Source of the DNA: Victivallaceae bacterium | GTDB taxonomy: Bacteria > Verrucomicrobiota > Lentisphaeria > Victivallales > Victivallaceae | Length of the DNA: 64,000 nucleotides | Direction: 5' to 3' | Assembly: GCA_045585875.1 (NCBI GenBank) | Contig: JAZMZH010000005.1 | Span: 1,089-65,088 of the forward strand | Shown: positions 26,322-35,679 of the stretch, piece after piece | Layout of the letters: the number at the start of each line of letters is the position of its first letter | Position numbering within the stretch: position 1 is the stretch's first letter | Translations under genes and position numbers: made by a program | Notes under the pieces: model-generated | What the model saw: the letters and a program-made list of their open reading frames with translations, nothing else | Told to the model about the DNA's origin: nothing | Databases searched by the model: none

Positions 26322-27326
26322 ATGAGGGAGGGGAGCTATTTGGGGCGCCTCTCCTCTTCGGATCCGCTGTTCGGTTATTTGAGCCGGGAAATTTTTCCGG
26401 CCGTCGGCGGGGACGCGGGGGAGGGGATCCGGGTTTTTTCCACCAACGGATCCAACGCGGTCTACATCTACGAGGACCGTGTCGCCAATACCCGGGTGGT
26501 GGGCAAATTTTTCTTTTCGCCGCGGATGCCGGACTGGGATGCCGCGCTCCGGCGTCTGGAGCGGGAGTACCGCAACATCCGCGAGGTGCGCAGATGCCTC
26601 AGCGGCCGTCATTACGCGGCCCGGGCATTGGGGCGCAACGATCGGCTGGACCGTCTGCTGGTGGTGGAATTCTGCTCCGGCGAAAGGCTGGACGCGGCGA
26701 TCACGGACGCCATCGGACGCAGCAATCGGGAGGGGTTGTTCCGGCGTCTGACCGCTCTGGCCGGGTTTTTCAGCGAGCTCCACAATCGTTCGGCCCGTCC
26801 GGAAAGGGTGGATTTCAACTTCCCCTGCGGGTATCTCGACACCATGCTGGAGGCCCTGAAGACGGTTGCCGGAGCCGGTGAGGCGGCGGAGCTGCGGCAC
26901 TGGCGGGACCGGTGGCGGGAACTTCGGGAAATGTGGGAGGACAACGAGGTGCTGGTGCACGGCGACGCCACTCCGTCCAACTTTCTTTTCGGGGAGGAGG
27001 GGCGCGTCGTCGCCTTTGACATGGAGCGGGCGCGGCGGACCGACCGGTGTTTCGACGTGGGCAGGATCGCCGGGGAAATCCAGCACTTTTTTCTCCGCGC
27101 CACCGGGGACAAATACGCCGCCGAACCCTATATCGGGCACTTTCTGTGGGAATACGCCTGTCATTTCCCCGACCGGGAGCGGGCATTTCGCTCCATCACC
27201 TTTCGGATCCCTTATTATATGGGGATCACATTGCTGCGCATCGCCAGAAACGGTTATCTGGAGCATTGCTACCGGCGGCGGCTGGTGCGCGAGGCTCTGG
27301 AATGTCTGAAAAGGGGTCCGCGATGA
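26322..27326 (+). CDS. Aminoglycoside/choline-kinase-type phosphotransferase (APH family)
   Basis: Catalytic loop LVHGDATPSNFLF and downstream AFDMERA. 334 aa. Confidence 0.8.
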   Translation: MREGSYLGRLSSSDPLFGYLSREIFPAVGGDAGEGIRVFSTNGSNAVYIYEDRVANTRVVGKFFFSPRMPDWDAALRRLEREYRNIREVRRCLSGRHYAARALGRNDRLDRLLVVEFCSGERLDAAITDAIGRSNREGLFRRLTALAGFFSELHNRSARPERVDFNFPCGYLDTMLEALKTVAGAGEAAELRHWRDRWRELREMWEDNEVLVHGDATPSNFLFGEEGRVVAFDMERARRTDRCFDVGRIAGEIQHFFLRATGDKYAAEPYIGHFLWEYACHFPDRERAFRSITFRIPYYMGITLLRIARNGYLEHCYRRRLVREALECLKRGPR

Positions 27327-28060
27327 CGGTCAAAGGACTGATTTTCGACGTGAACGGCACTCTGATCGACATCTGGACCGACGACGGCGGCGAGGAGGCC
27401 TGCCGGGCGACGGCGAATTTTCTGGCGCTGCGGGGCGTGCGGATTTCGCCGGAGGAGCTGCGGGAGGCGTACTTCGGCCTGAATCGGCGTCAGCGGCAGG
27501 AGAGTCCGGAGAATTTCCCGGAGTTCGACATCCTGAAGATCTTTGAAACGGTGGTCAGACGCTATGCCGCGGAAAAGACCGGCGAAGCCGGCAGGCGTCG
27601 GCTGGCCATGACCGCGGCTCTGGTATTCCGGGCCTCCGGATGCCGGCGTCTGACTCTTTACAAAGGGGTGCTGGAGGTGCTCACCACCCTGCGGGTGCGC
27701 TATCCCATGACCGTGGTTTCCGACGGCCAGTCCCTGTGGGCGGCGGCGGAATTGCGGGCGGCCGGGCTCGGCGGATTTTTCCCGACGCCGGTGATTTCCG
27801 GCGACTACGGATTCCGCAAACCCGACGGGCGGCTTTTCGCCGCCGGAATCCGGCAGCTCGGCATCGCTCCCGGGGAAGCGGTTTACATCGGCAACGACAT
27901 GTACCGGGACATCCGGGGCGCCGCGGCCGCGGGTATGAAAACCGTGTTTTTCCGCTCCAATCAGGGCGACCATTCCTTTCACGGGGCGGAGCCGGACTAC
28001 GTCATCTTCGACTTCAATGAATTGCCCCGGGCGCTGAAATTCCTGTCCGGCGGGGAGTGA
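27323..28060 (+). CDS. HAD-superfamily hydrolase
   Basis: Motif I IFDVNGTLID. C-terminal YIGNDMYRDIRGAAAAGMK (motif IV-like). ATGA overlap with the kinase gene. Confidence 0.82.
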   Translation: MTVKGLIFDVNGTLIDIWTDDGGEEACRATANFLALRGVRISPEELREAYFGLNRRQRQESPENFPEFDILKIFETVVRRYAAEKTGEAGRRRLAMTAALVFRASGCRRLTLYKGVLEVLTTLRVRYPMTVVSDGQSLWAAAELRAAGLGGFFPTPVISGDYGFRKPDGRLFAAGIRQLGIAPGEAVYIGNDMYRDIRGAAAAGMKTVFFRSNQGDHSFHGAEPDYVIFDFNELPRALKFLSGGE

Positions 28061-28251
28061 ATTGCCGCGGAAATTCGGGAAAAAGTTCCGCAAATCGGCA
28101 ATAAATCGTTTCGGGAGCCGTCTCTTTGTAAGAGGGGGATCGGATCTCCGGGAGGGGTTGTACCCGCATCCGGGGCTCCGTCGGAGGAGGAGAGGAGGGC
28201 GCGTCCGGTGACGGCGCCTTTGTATGCAACATGTGACAGGCAGGCGGTGAA

Positions 28252-29040
28252 ATGATGAGATTTGCTATCGGATCGGCGCTGGTGATCGGCGCTCTGGCGG
28301 TCGGGACGGTTCATGCCGCGGAGGGGGACGGCTCCGCCGCCGCCGCGCCCGCGGCCTGGGGAAATTTCAACATTCCCCCGGAGCGCATGGCCTACTTCCG
28401 CGAAGTGGTGGAGACGGTGCGGGAGAAGTACCCGGATGAATTCAATGAAGTGATGGCCCTGCGCCAGTCCAATCCCGGCGAGGCGATCCGCCGCGGCGTG
28501 GAACTGGCGCGCCGGGCCGGGTTTGACGTGCCCGCCGGGCTCGGTCAGGCCGGAACCGCCCAGGCCGAGAGCGGCCAGGTGCAGCCCCTCGCCATTGTGG
28601 GAAAAACCGGGACGGTCAGCCGCGACTTCCGCCGCAAAAAGATGCGGGCCGTCAATCAGGCGCTTGAAGAACGTTTCCCGGAGGAGTACGCCCGGCTGGA
28701 GGAGATGCGGAGCAGCGATCCGGAGGAGGCGCGGTATTATTTCCGCGAGCTGGTTTCCCGCCTGGACGATCTTCCGGAGATTTACGCTTCGCTGGAGCCG
28801 GTCCCGGCCGCCGGAGAGGATGAGATGCCCGGTCCCGGCCGCCGCCGTCGTTCCGGCGCGCCTCCGTCCGGCGATTTTGATCCGTTCCGCGGCGGCTTCG
28901 GGAGTTTCCCCGACGGGAACGGAGCTTTCGGTCCCGGCGGCGGTGAGGACGGCGGCTCCGGCGCCGCAACCACCCCGGCCGCCGGGAGCGAAAAAGCCGC
29001 CCCGGAGGAGGCGTCTTCCCTTCCCTGGTGGATGGAGTAG
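28252..29040 (+). CDS. Secreted hypothetical protein with duplicated helical motif and Gly-rich tail
   Basis: Signal peptide MMRFAIGSALVIGALAVGTVHA. Two copies of E(K/R)(Y/F)P(D/E)E(F/Y)...R(Q/S)S(N/D)P(G/E)EA. Only 6 nt upstream of the T2SS-like operon. Confidence 0.7.
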   Translation: MMRFAIGSALVIGALAVGTVHAAEGDGSAAAAPAAWGNFNIPPERMAYFREVVETVREKYPDEFNEVMALRQSNPGEAIRRGVELARRAGFDVPAGLGQAGTAQAESGQVQPLAIVGKTGTVSRDFRRKKMRAVNQALEERFPEEYARLEEMRSSDPEEARYYFRELVSRLDDLPEIYASLEPVPAAGEDEMPGPGRRRRSGAPPSGDFDPFRGGFGSFPDGNGAFGPGGGEDGGSGAATTPAAGSEKAAPEEASSLPWWME

Positions 29041-29046
29041 TCTCCG

Positions 29047-30288
29047 ATGAAATATCGGAATCTGGAATTTGCCGTGATAAGCATCGACCCGGCGGGCAAT
29101 CTCGCCGGGATCCGTGCACGCACCGGAGGCCGCGTCCTGAACGTGACCGCTTCCGCCGCGGAATATCTGCCCCGGGAGGGGGACGGGGATGCCCTGACCC
29201 GCCGTCTCGAACGTCTCGGAGGGGAACTGCGCCTGAACCGAGGCGAGATGCTTTTCCTCACCGGACATGTGGACGGGGGGATGTTTTTTGAGGTGAAAAT
29301 GCCCCGTCTGCCCGCCCGGGAGATTCGCGACAGCCTGCTCCTGGAGCTGGGGAATCACATGCCGGCGGTGCCCGTGGCGCCGGAAGTCGTCTGGCAGGCC
29401 CGCCCCGGCCGCAATGAGGAGGAGCTGCTGATCCGGGCCTACGCTTTTGACTCCGCCGTCATCGCGCCTCTGGGCCGGGCGCTGCTGCGGCTGAACTGGC
29501 GGATCGACGCTTTTGTACCGCTGCTCCTGGCGCTGCCGGACGACGCCGCGGGATTTTTTCAGGAATTCGGCGGCGGCTTCGCCCGCGTCGGCAAACGCTG
29601 GACCGATGTGCACTCTTCCGGAGAGGAGCCTTTGCTCGCGGCCACGGGTGAGTTTCTGCGCCGGGCGGCCGGAGGCGGTGACGTGCCCGGGGACGTAAAG
29701 TGTTTCGGGGGCGCCGTCGCCGCCGCATCCGCCGTCGCCGCGGTGCGGGACCGGAGATTGCCGGAGGATTTCACCATCTTCGGCGGCCGTCTCCGGCCCC
29801 GGCGGCTGCGGGGACACCTGATCGTGACCGGCGTGCTGACGGCGCTGCTGCTTTTCATCGGATGCGCCGCGCTGTTCAAGGCCCTGCAAAAAAATGTGGA
29901 CCGCTACAACGAACTCGACGGCATCGTCACCGGCCGCACGCAGGAGATCTCCCAGACCCGGCGCAAAATCAAATCCTCCGAAAAAATGGACAAGGAGTAC
30001 GCCCGGATCCTGGAGACCGTTCACGGCGAGGACCGTCTGACCGAAAAGCTCGCCATGATCGCCCGGGCTCTGCCCGGGGACGTGCTGCTGAACGATCTCA
30101 GGATTTCCGAGGAGTCCTGGGAACTCACCTGCATGACCGAAAATGAGAATACCGAACTCAGCGGGATTTTCCGAAAACTCCCCGGTTTCAAGCTCATCAA
30201 TCTTGAGCAGCGGCGCATGGGCGATACCTTGACGGTGATCCAGGTGCGCCTGGAAAAAACCGGCGGCGCCGGAAGGAGCGGCAAATGA
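29047..30288 (+). CDS. T2SS/T4P assembly protein, GspL-like (PilM-like cytoplasmic part + TM + PilN-like periplasmic part)
   Basis: Single TM segment (LIVTGVLTALLLFIGCAALF), then a coiled coil and a ferredoxin-like C-terminus. Position is at the head of the gsp-like operon. Confidence 0.6.
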   Translation: MKYRNLEFAVISIDPAGNLAGIRARTGGRVLNVTASAAEYLPREGDGDALTRRLERLGGELRLNRGEMLFLTGHVDGGMFFEVKMPRLPAREIRDSLLLELGNHMPAVPVAPEVVWQARPGRNEEELLIRAYAFDSAVIAPLGRALLRLNWRIDAFVPLLLALPDDAAGFFQEFGGGFARVGKRWTDVHSSGEEPLLAATGEFLRRAAGGGDVPGDVKCFGGAVAAASAVAAVRDRRLPEDFTIFGGRLRPRRLRGHLIVTGVLTALLLFIGCAALFKALQKNVDRYNELDGIVTGRTQEISQTRRKIKSSEKMDKEYARILETVHGEDRLTEKLAMIARALPGDVLLNDLRISEESWELTCMTENENTELSGIFRKLPGFKLINLEQRRMGDTLTVIQVRLEKTGGAGRSGK

Positions 30289-30872
30289 CGGCCAAAGGAA
30301 AATTCTTCACCGGCAGGAACCGCGGCATGCTCTGGTTTTGCGCTTTCGGACTGCTCTTCTCGTTCGTGGTGCTGTTTTTTTCCATCGACATCAGACTGGA
30401 AGCCGTCCTGCCCGACGACGAGACTCTCGACACCATGCGCAAGGAGGGCGAAAAGGCCGCCGAAGAGGCCGGAAGTCTCCGTAAAACCTATCAGGAGATG
30501 CAGATCCGCCGGGAAAAAGCCCTCGCCATGATGGATTCCTGGTGGCATGAGGACGTAAACGGCGATTACGAGGTGACGGTGCGGGAACGACTGGAGGAGA
30601 TCGCCCGCAAAAATGAAATCAGGAACCCCGGCTTCAGCACGGTGCGCACCGCCAAGATCAATTCGATGGCCTTTGCCATCGAGATCGATGTGAATTTCAC
30701 CTCGACGCTGAAAAATGGTCTGGCTTTTACCGAGGGCGTGAAGGAGCTGGGCGTGCCGGTCTATTGGAAGCGTTTCGAGATCCGGGTGGACCAGCGCAGC
30801 GGCACGCTGAACTGGCGCGGCACGCTGCGCATCCCGGCATCCGATGAAAAGGCGGAGGAGCGGAAAAAATGA
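30285..30872 (+). CDS. GspM/PilO-like bitopic assembly protein
   Basis: N-terminal TM segment (MLWFCAFGLLFSFVVLFFSI), a coiled coil and a small C-terminal domain. ATGA coupling on both sides. Confidence 0.55.
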   Translation: MTAKGKFFTGRNRGMLWFCAFGLLFSFVVLFFSIDIRLEAVLPDDETLDTMRKEGEKAAEEAGSLRKTYQEMQIRREKALAMMDSWWHEDVNGDYEVTVRERLEEIARKNEIRNPGFSTVRTAKINSMAFAIEIDVNFTSTLKNGLAFTEGVKELGVPVYWKRFEIRVDQRSGTLNWRGTLRIPASDEKAEERKK

Positions 30873-31717
30873 AAATCATGGTGATCATGCTCAACGTGAT
30901 CCTCGCCCTTTTTACGGCGTATGCCGCGTCGAAGGTCTTTACCGGAAGCGTCGGGGAACCCCTTGCTCTGGGCCGGGAGGGGCGCGAGAAGAAGGAAAGA
31001 ACCGTCCAGACCGGAGCCGCCGCCGCGGCCGCCGAAGTGAAAAAGCCCGAAAGCGATCCGACGGGAATCCTGCTGAAAAATGATGTCTTCTCCCTCAGCC
31101 GCTGTCCCTCCCTGGACCGGCAGAAAAACAGCTTCACTCTGCTGGGGGTCATCATCGCCCCCGGGGCCAGCGGCGCGATTATTGCTCAGAGCAACTCTTC
31201 CGGCAACGCCTCCGGCAATCCGTCCGGCGGCGCGCCCGGAGGGCCCGGCGGCCGCTCCGCGGGCCGTTCCGCGGGCACACGCTCCGGAACCTCGGGGAAC
31301 GTCTCCTCCTACAGCAAATACACCGCGCCCCAGCGCTACTTCCGGGTGGGGGAAAAGATCAACGATCAGTACACGCTTTCCGGCGTCACCGCAAATTCGG
31401 CCACGCTCTCCGGCGACGGCGGCAATCTGACGCTGACGCTTCAGACGCCTTCCCAGAGCGCGGCCGCCGCCAACGGTCAGAATTCCAATCGCGGCGCCGG
31501 CGGCCGGGGAGGCGGTCGGGGAGGCGGCCGGGGAGGCATGAGGGGATTCGGACCGCCCATGATGCCGGGAGGCGGACCGGGCGGCTGGAATCCCGGCTTC
31601 GGCGGCTGGAATCCCGGCGGCCCGGGAGCGGGCGGCTGGAATCCCGGCGGCGGACGAGGCCCCGGAGGCTGGAATCAGGGCAATCAGGGCCGAAGAGGCC
31701 GTACCAATAACCGATGA
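30869..31717 (+). CDS. GspC/PilP-like bitopic protein with RGG/GWNPG low-complexity tail
   Basis: N-terminal TM segment, a beta-rich YFRVGEKINDQYTLSGVTANSATLSGDGGNLTL segment (GspC-HR/PilP-like), then about 80 aa of G/R/W/N/P repeats. Confidence 0.55.
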   Translation: MKIMVIMLNVILALFTAYAASKVFTGSVGEPLALGREGREKKERTVQTGAAAAAAEVKKPESDPTGILLKNDVFSLSRCPSLDRQKNSFTLLGVIIAPGASGAIIAQSNSSGNASGNPSGGAPGGPGGRSAGRSAGTRSGTSGNVSSYSKYTAPQRYFRVGEKINDQYTLSGVTANSATLSGDGGNLTLTLQTPSQSAAAANGQNSNRGAGGRGGGRGGGRGGMRGFGPPMMPGGGPGGWNPGFGGWNPGGPGAGGWNPGGGRGPGGWNQGNQGRRGRTNNR

Positions 31718-34029
31718 AAATTACTGGAGAAACAGGGGAAATCATGAAAGAGATCAGGACATGCGACGGTTTCCCGGCGGGACGGCTTCTGCGTCCGGCG
31801 GCGGCGGTGATGCTGCTGGCGCTGGCGGGCTGCGAGGGGATGCTGCCGATCACCACGCCGGAGGCCGAGGGCAAGGCCGGAAAATATGAATTCATTGAGC
31901 ATACCGACCGAAAAATGACCGTGCCGGAAGAACCGGATCCGGGACGGGATCTGGAGGCCCCTTCCGAGTTTGACGCTCCGGCCATCTCCGAAGCGGACCT
32001 GTCAAGGCTGAACACTCCCGGGAGCGGCAAAGACGGGGAAATACGGCCGGAGACGCCGCGCCGCGAGGTGAATTTCTACGACGACATGATCCTGCTGGAC
32101 GCCGACGACGAACTGGAGGTGGCGATGATCTTCAATGCTTCGCCGATCCTGGATGTGCTGCCGGCCTTCGCCGATCTGCTCGGCTTCAATTACGAGGTGG
32201 ACAGGGAGGTTTCCGGCGTGGTGAACCTGAATTTCAACTCCACCATGACCCGTCGTGAATTGTGGGCGTGTTTCGACCGGATGCTCAGACTCACCGGCGC
32301 CACCGCCATCGCCGACGGCGACAGCCTCCGGATCATCCCCCTCAGCAAGATGGCCGCCAATTCCCCGCTCCGCACCAACGGCCGGGGCACCGGGGGCATG
32401 GAGGTCATCTCCCGATCCCTCGGGTACGCTTCGGCCTCTTCCGTGGCCGAGCAGCTTAAGAATTTCGTGACGCCCTCCGGCATCATCATACCCCAGTCCG
32501 GCGGCAACATCATCACCGTCTGCGATCTCCCGGAAAACATCGCCAAACTCGAAGAACTCATCTCCATCATCGACCAGCCCGGGCGTTCGAGCTGGCCCCG
32601 CAGCGTCATCGCCTGCCGCAATGTCAAGCCATCCGCCCTGGCCGCCGAGCTCGGCGAAATCCTTCCCGTTCTCGGACTTGCCGTTTCCACATCCGGGAAC
32701 TCCGGCGACGACGCCGGGGCCATTCACCTCACCGGCATCGACCGGCTCCAGCTCATCGTGGCCACCGCCGCCACCGACGAGGCGGTTGCCGAGATCCGCA
32801 ACTGGGTGAGCATCCTCGACAATTCCGACCCCGGCGACCAGGAACGGGTGTACGTCTACAAGGTGGCCAACGGCAAGGCCGACCAGCTGGCTCAGGCCCT
32901 TTCCGTGGTCTTTTCCACTCAGGGCACCACCCTGACCGTGGACACCGACACCGGAAACAACCGCACCAATCAGCTCAACACCGCGTCGACCCGGACCCAG
33001 ACCTCCGGCGGTTCCGCCGCCGGAAATCTCATTTCAAGTGTCAACCGCCTCTCCAACACCCAGTCCGACCGCTCCTCGGATATTTTCTCGGCTCCGGTGC
33101 GCGTATTCGCCGACGGGGTTTACAACCGGCTGGTCATACGCACCACCCCCCGCACCTACGCCATGATCAAGGCGCTGCTGGACCGGCTGGACAACGTCCC
33201 GGCGCAGGTCCTGCTGCAGGTGCTCATCGCGGAGGTTTCGCTCAACGACAGCACCGAGTTCGGCATGGAGTTCAGCTTCGCCGAAACCCACGGCACCACC
33301 AACACCATCATCGGCAGCAACTTCGAGAGCCTCTCCGACGCCAATATGCCCGACGGCTACTCCATGACCATCCAGGACGTCAACGATCCGGAAAATAAAT
33401 TCGCCACCGTGAAGGCTCTGGCCGGAAGGGACAACGTGAAGATCATTTCCAGCCCCCAGCTCCTCGTCAACAGCAACACCCAGGCCTACATCCAGATCGG
33501 AAATCAGGTGCCGCTGCTCTCCAGCGACTATACCAACGTGGATTCCTCCGGCACCACCCAGCGCAGTTACCGCTACCAGGACACCGGCATCATCATGACC
33601 ATCACGCCCCAGGTCACCAGCACCAACCTGATCTCGCTCGAGATCGATCAGGAGGTTTCCGAGGCGGTGAAAAACACCATCACCAGCGCCTCCGACACCC
33701 CGGTGATCCAGAGACGCAAGATGACCACCGCCATGACCATCGCCAACGGCAGGACCATGATCATCGGCGGAATGATTCAGGAAAAGTTCAAGGACAATCT
33801 TCAGGGCCTGCCCATCATCGCCGACCTCCCCATCATCGGGCGTCTTTTCGGCAATACGGAACAGTCCGTCGAAAGGGTGGAATTGCTGGTGCTGGTCACC
33901 GGCTACATCGTCAGCGAGCAGAGTCCGGTGGAGGAGATGATCCGCCGCTACGACAGGAGTGTTCGCGAGCTGAGCGAATTTGAAAAACATCTCGCGGAGG
34001 CCGATCAGGATGACAGCGATGAAGACTGA
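31714..34029 (+). CDS. gspD: Secretin (GspD/PilQ family), predicted lipoprotein
   Basis: Secretin core: ISSPQLLVNSNTQAYIQIG, VIQRRKMTTAMTIANGRTMIIGGMI, GLPIIADLPIIGRLFG, ELLVLVTGYIV. N-terminal LLALAGC lipobox. Alternative start at 31744. Confidence 0.92.
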   Translation: MKITGETGEIMKEIRTCDGFPAGRLLRPAAAVMLLALAGCEGMLPITTPEAEGKAGKYEFIEHTDRKMTVPEEPDPGRDLEAPSEFDAPAISEADLSRLNTPGSGKDGEIRPETPRREVNFYDDMILLDADDELEVAMIFNASPILDVLPAFADLLGFNYEVDREVSGVVNLNFNSTMTRRELWACFDRMLRLTGATAIADGDSLRIIPLSKMAANSPLRTNGRGTGGMEVISRSLGYASASSVAEQLKNFVTPSGIIIPQSGGNIITVCDLPENIAKLEELISIIDQPGRSSWPRSVIACRNVKPSALAAELGEILPVLGLAVSTSGNSGDDAGAIHLTGIDRLQLIVATAATDEAVAEIRNWVSILDNSDPGDQERVYVYKVANGKADQLAQALSVVFSTQGTTLTVDTDTGNNRTNQLNTASTRTQTSGGSAAGNLISSVNRLSNTQSDRSSDIFSAPVRVFADGVYNRLVIRTTPRTYAMIKALLDRLDNVPAQVLLQVLIAEVSLNDSTEFGMEFSFAETHGTTNTIIGSNFESLSDANMPDGYSMTIQDVNDPENKFATVKALAGRDNVKIISSPQLLVNSNTQAYIQIGNQVPLLSSDYTNVDSSGTTQRSYRYQDTGIIMTITPQVTSTNLISLEIDQEVSEAVKNTITSASDTPVIQRRKMTTAMTIANGRTMIIGGMIQEKFKDNLQGLPIIADLPIIGRLFGNTEQSVERVELLVLVTGYIVSEQSPVEEMIRRYDRSVRELSEFEKHLAEADQDDSDED

Positions 34030-35671
34030 TCCTCCGGCCCCCGTCGGCTGCACCGCCGACCGGGCCGCCGCGGGGCTGCCCGCCCTGCGGGAGGAATTGC
34101 TCCGGCGTTTCCCGGCGTACGGGGAATTCCTCGATACGGCCTCCGGCCCCCGCGAAGCCGACCGGATGCTGGTCGAAAACAACCTCGCCACCGAGGCCGA
34201 ACTGGCCGACCTCTGCCGGGAAATGTTTCACCTTGCCCCGGTGGTGGAGGATGATCTCCCGGTGCCGGAGGAGATCACCGCGTTCGCCGCCGAATACCTG
34301 AACGCCCGGACGGCGCTGCCGCTGGAGGTTTCCGACGGCGATGAGGACGGCGAAAGCGCCGGGGCGGTCCAATGGCTGGTCCCGGACTTCTACGAAACCG
34401 ACGAGCTCGCCTATCAGACCCGGCGGATCCTGGATCGCGACGCGCTCTTCATCCCCATGCGCCGCACCTTCATCGAACGTCAGCTGGCCGCTCTGGCCCG
34501 CAGCGGAGAGACGGAAAACGGTCCGGTCGACCGGGAGGATGAGGAGACTTTGCGCAGCATGGCCGGCGAGGCGCGCATCGTGCGTCTGGTGAACGACATT
34601 TTCAGCCGGGCGGTGGAGCTCGGGGCCAGCGACATTCACGTGGAGCCCGGCGAGGAGCAGGTGGACGTCCGCTGCCGGGTGGACGGGGTGCTGACCAGGA
34701 TCCTCTCCTGTCCGCTCACCCAGTTTCCGGCCATCGCCTCCCGCATCAAGCTCATCAGCGGCCTGAACATCGCCGAGAGCCGTCTGCCTCAGGACGGCCG
34801 CACCAATTTTCAGCTGGGACGCACCAGTCTGGACATGCGCGTCAGCACCATCCCCATCCTCAACGGGGAGAGCATCGTGCTGCGTCTGCTCAACAAGGAA
34901 TCGGTGCGCTTCGATCTGGAGGCTCTGGGCATGAATGCCGACCATCTGGCCAAGTTCGGGGAGATCATATCCATCCCTCACGGCATCATCCTGGTGGTGG
35001 GCCCCACCGGGTCGGGCAAGACCACCACGCTCTACAGCATTATTTCGCGCCTCAACGACAGCGGCAAGAAGATCATTACCATCGAGGACCCGGTGGAGTA
35101 CCGGATCCCCGGGCTGTGCCAGATGCAGGTGAATTCCAAGATCGGCGTCACCTTCGCCTCCGGCCTGCGTTCGATCGTCCGGCAGGACCCGGACATCATC
35201 CTGGTGGGCGAGATCCGGGACCGGGAAACCGCCGACATCGCCATCAACGCCGCGCTGACCGGTCATCTGGTGCTCAGCACGCTCCACACCAACGACGCCG
35301 CCGGGGCGGTTACCCGGCTGGTGGACATGGGGGTGGAACCGTTTCTGGTGGCTTCGGCATTGTACGGAGTGCTTTCCCAGCGGCTGGTGCGGACGCTCTG
35401 TCCGGTCTGCGGAGGCAAAGGGTCGGACGGGGAGGGGAACCGCTGCCGGAAGTGCAACGGCACCGGCTTCCGGGGGCGCACCGGCATCTTCGAACTGCTG
35501 AGGGTGGATGAGGACATCCGCCGGGCGGTGAATGAGAATCGGCCCAGTTCCGAAATCGCCGCCATCGCCATTTCCAAGGGCATGACCACGCTGCTGGAGG
35601 ACGGGCTGGCCAAGGCGGCGCAGGGCATCACCACCGAATCCGAGGTCGCCCGTTCGGCGGCGGAACAGTAG
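34010..35671 (+). CDS. gspE: T2SS ATPase GspE
   Basis: Walker A GPTGSGKTT, IAESRLPQDGR, Asp box, Walker B ILVGEIRD, His box TGHLVLSTLHTN. Tetracysteine CPVC...CRKC is typical of GspE. Start could be 34010 or 34019. Confidence 0.93.
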   Translation: MTAMKTDPPAPVGCTADRAAAGLPALREELLRRFPAYGEFLDTASGPREADRMLVENNLATEAELADLCREMFHLAPVVEDDLPVPEEITAFAAEYLNARTALPLEVSDGDEDGESAGAVQWLVPDFYETDELAYQTRRILDRDALFIPMRRTFIERQLAALARSGETENGPVDREDEETLRSMAGEARIVRLVNDIFSRAVELGASDIHVEPGEEQVDVRCRVDGVLTRILSCPLTQFPAIASRIKLISGLNIAESRLPQDGRTNFQLGRTSLDMRVSTIPILNGESIVLRLLNKESVRFDLEALGMNADHLAKFGEIISIPHGIILVVGPTGSGKTTTLYSIISRLNDSGKKIITIEDPVEYRIPGLCQMQVNSKIGVTFASGLRSIVRQDPDIILVGEIRDRETADIAINAALTGHLVLSTLHTNDAAGAVTRLVDMGVEPFLVASALYGVLSQRLVRTLCPVCGGKGSDGEGNRCRKCNGTGFRGRTGIFELLRVDEDIRRAVNENRPSSEIAAIAISKGMTTLLEDGLAKAAQGITTESEVARSAAEQ

Positions 35672-35679
35672 GCGGCGGC

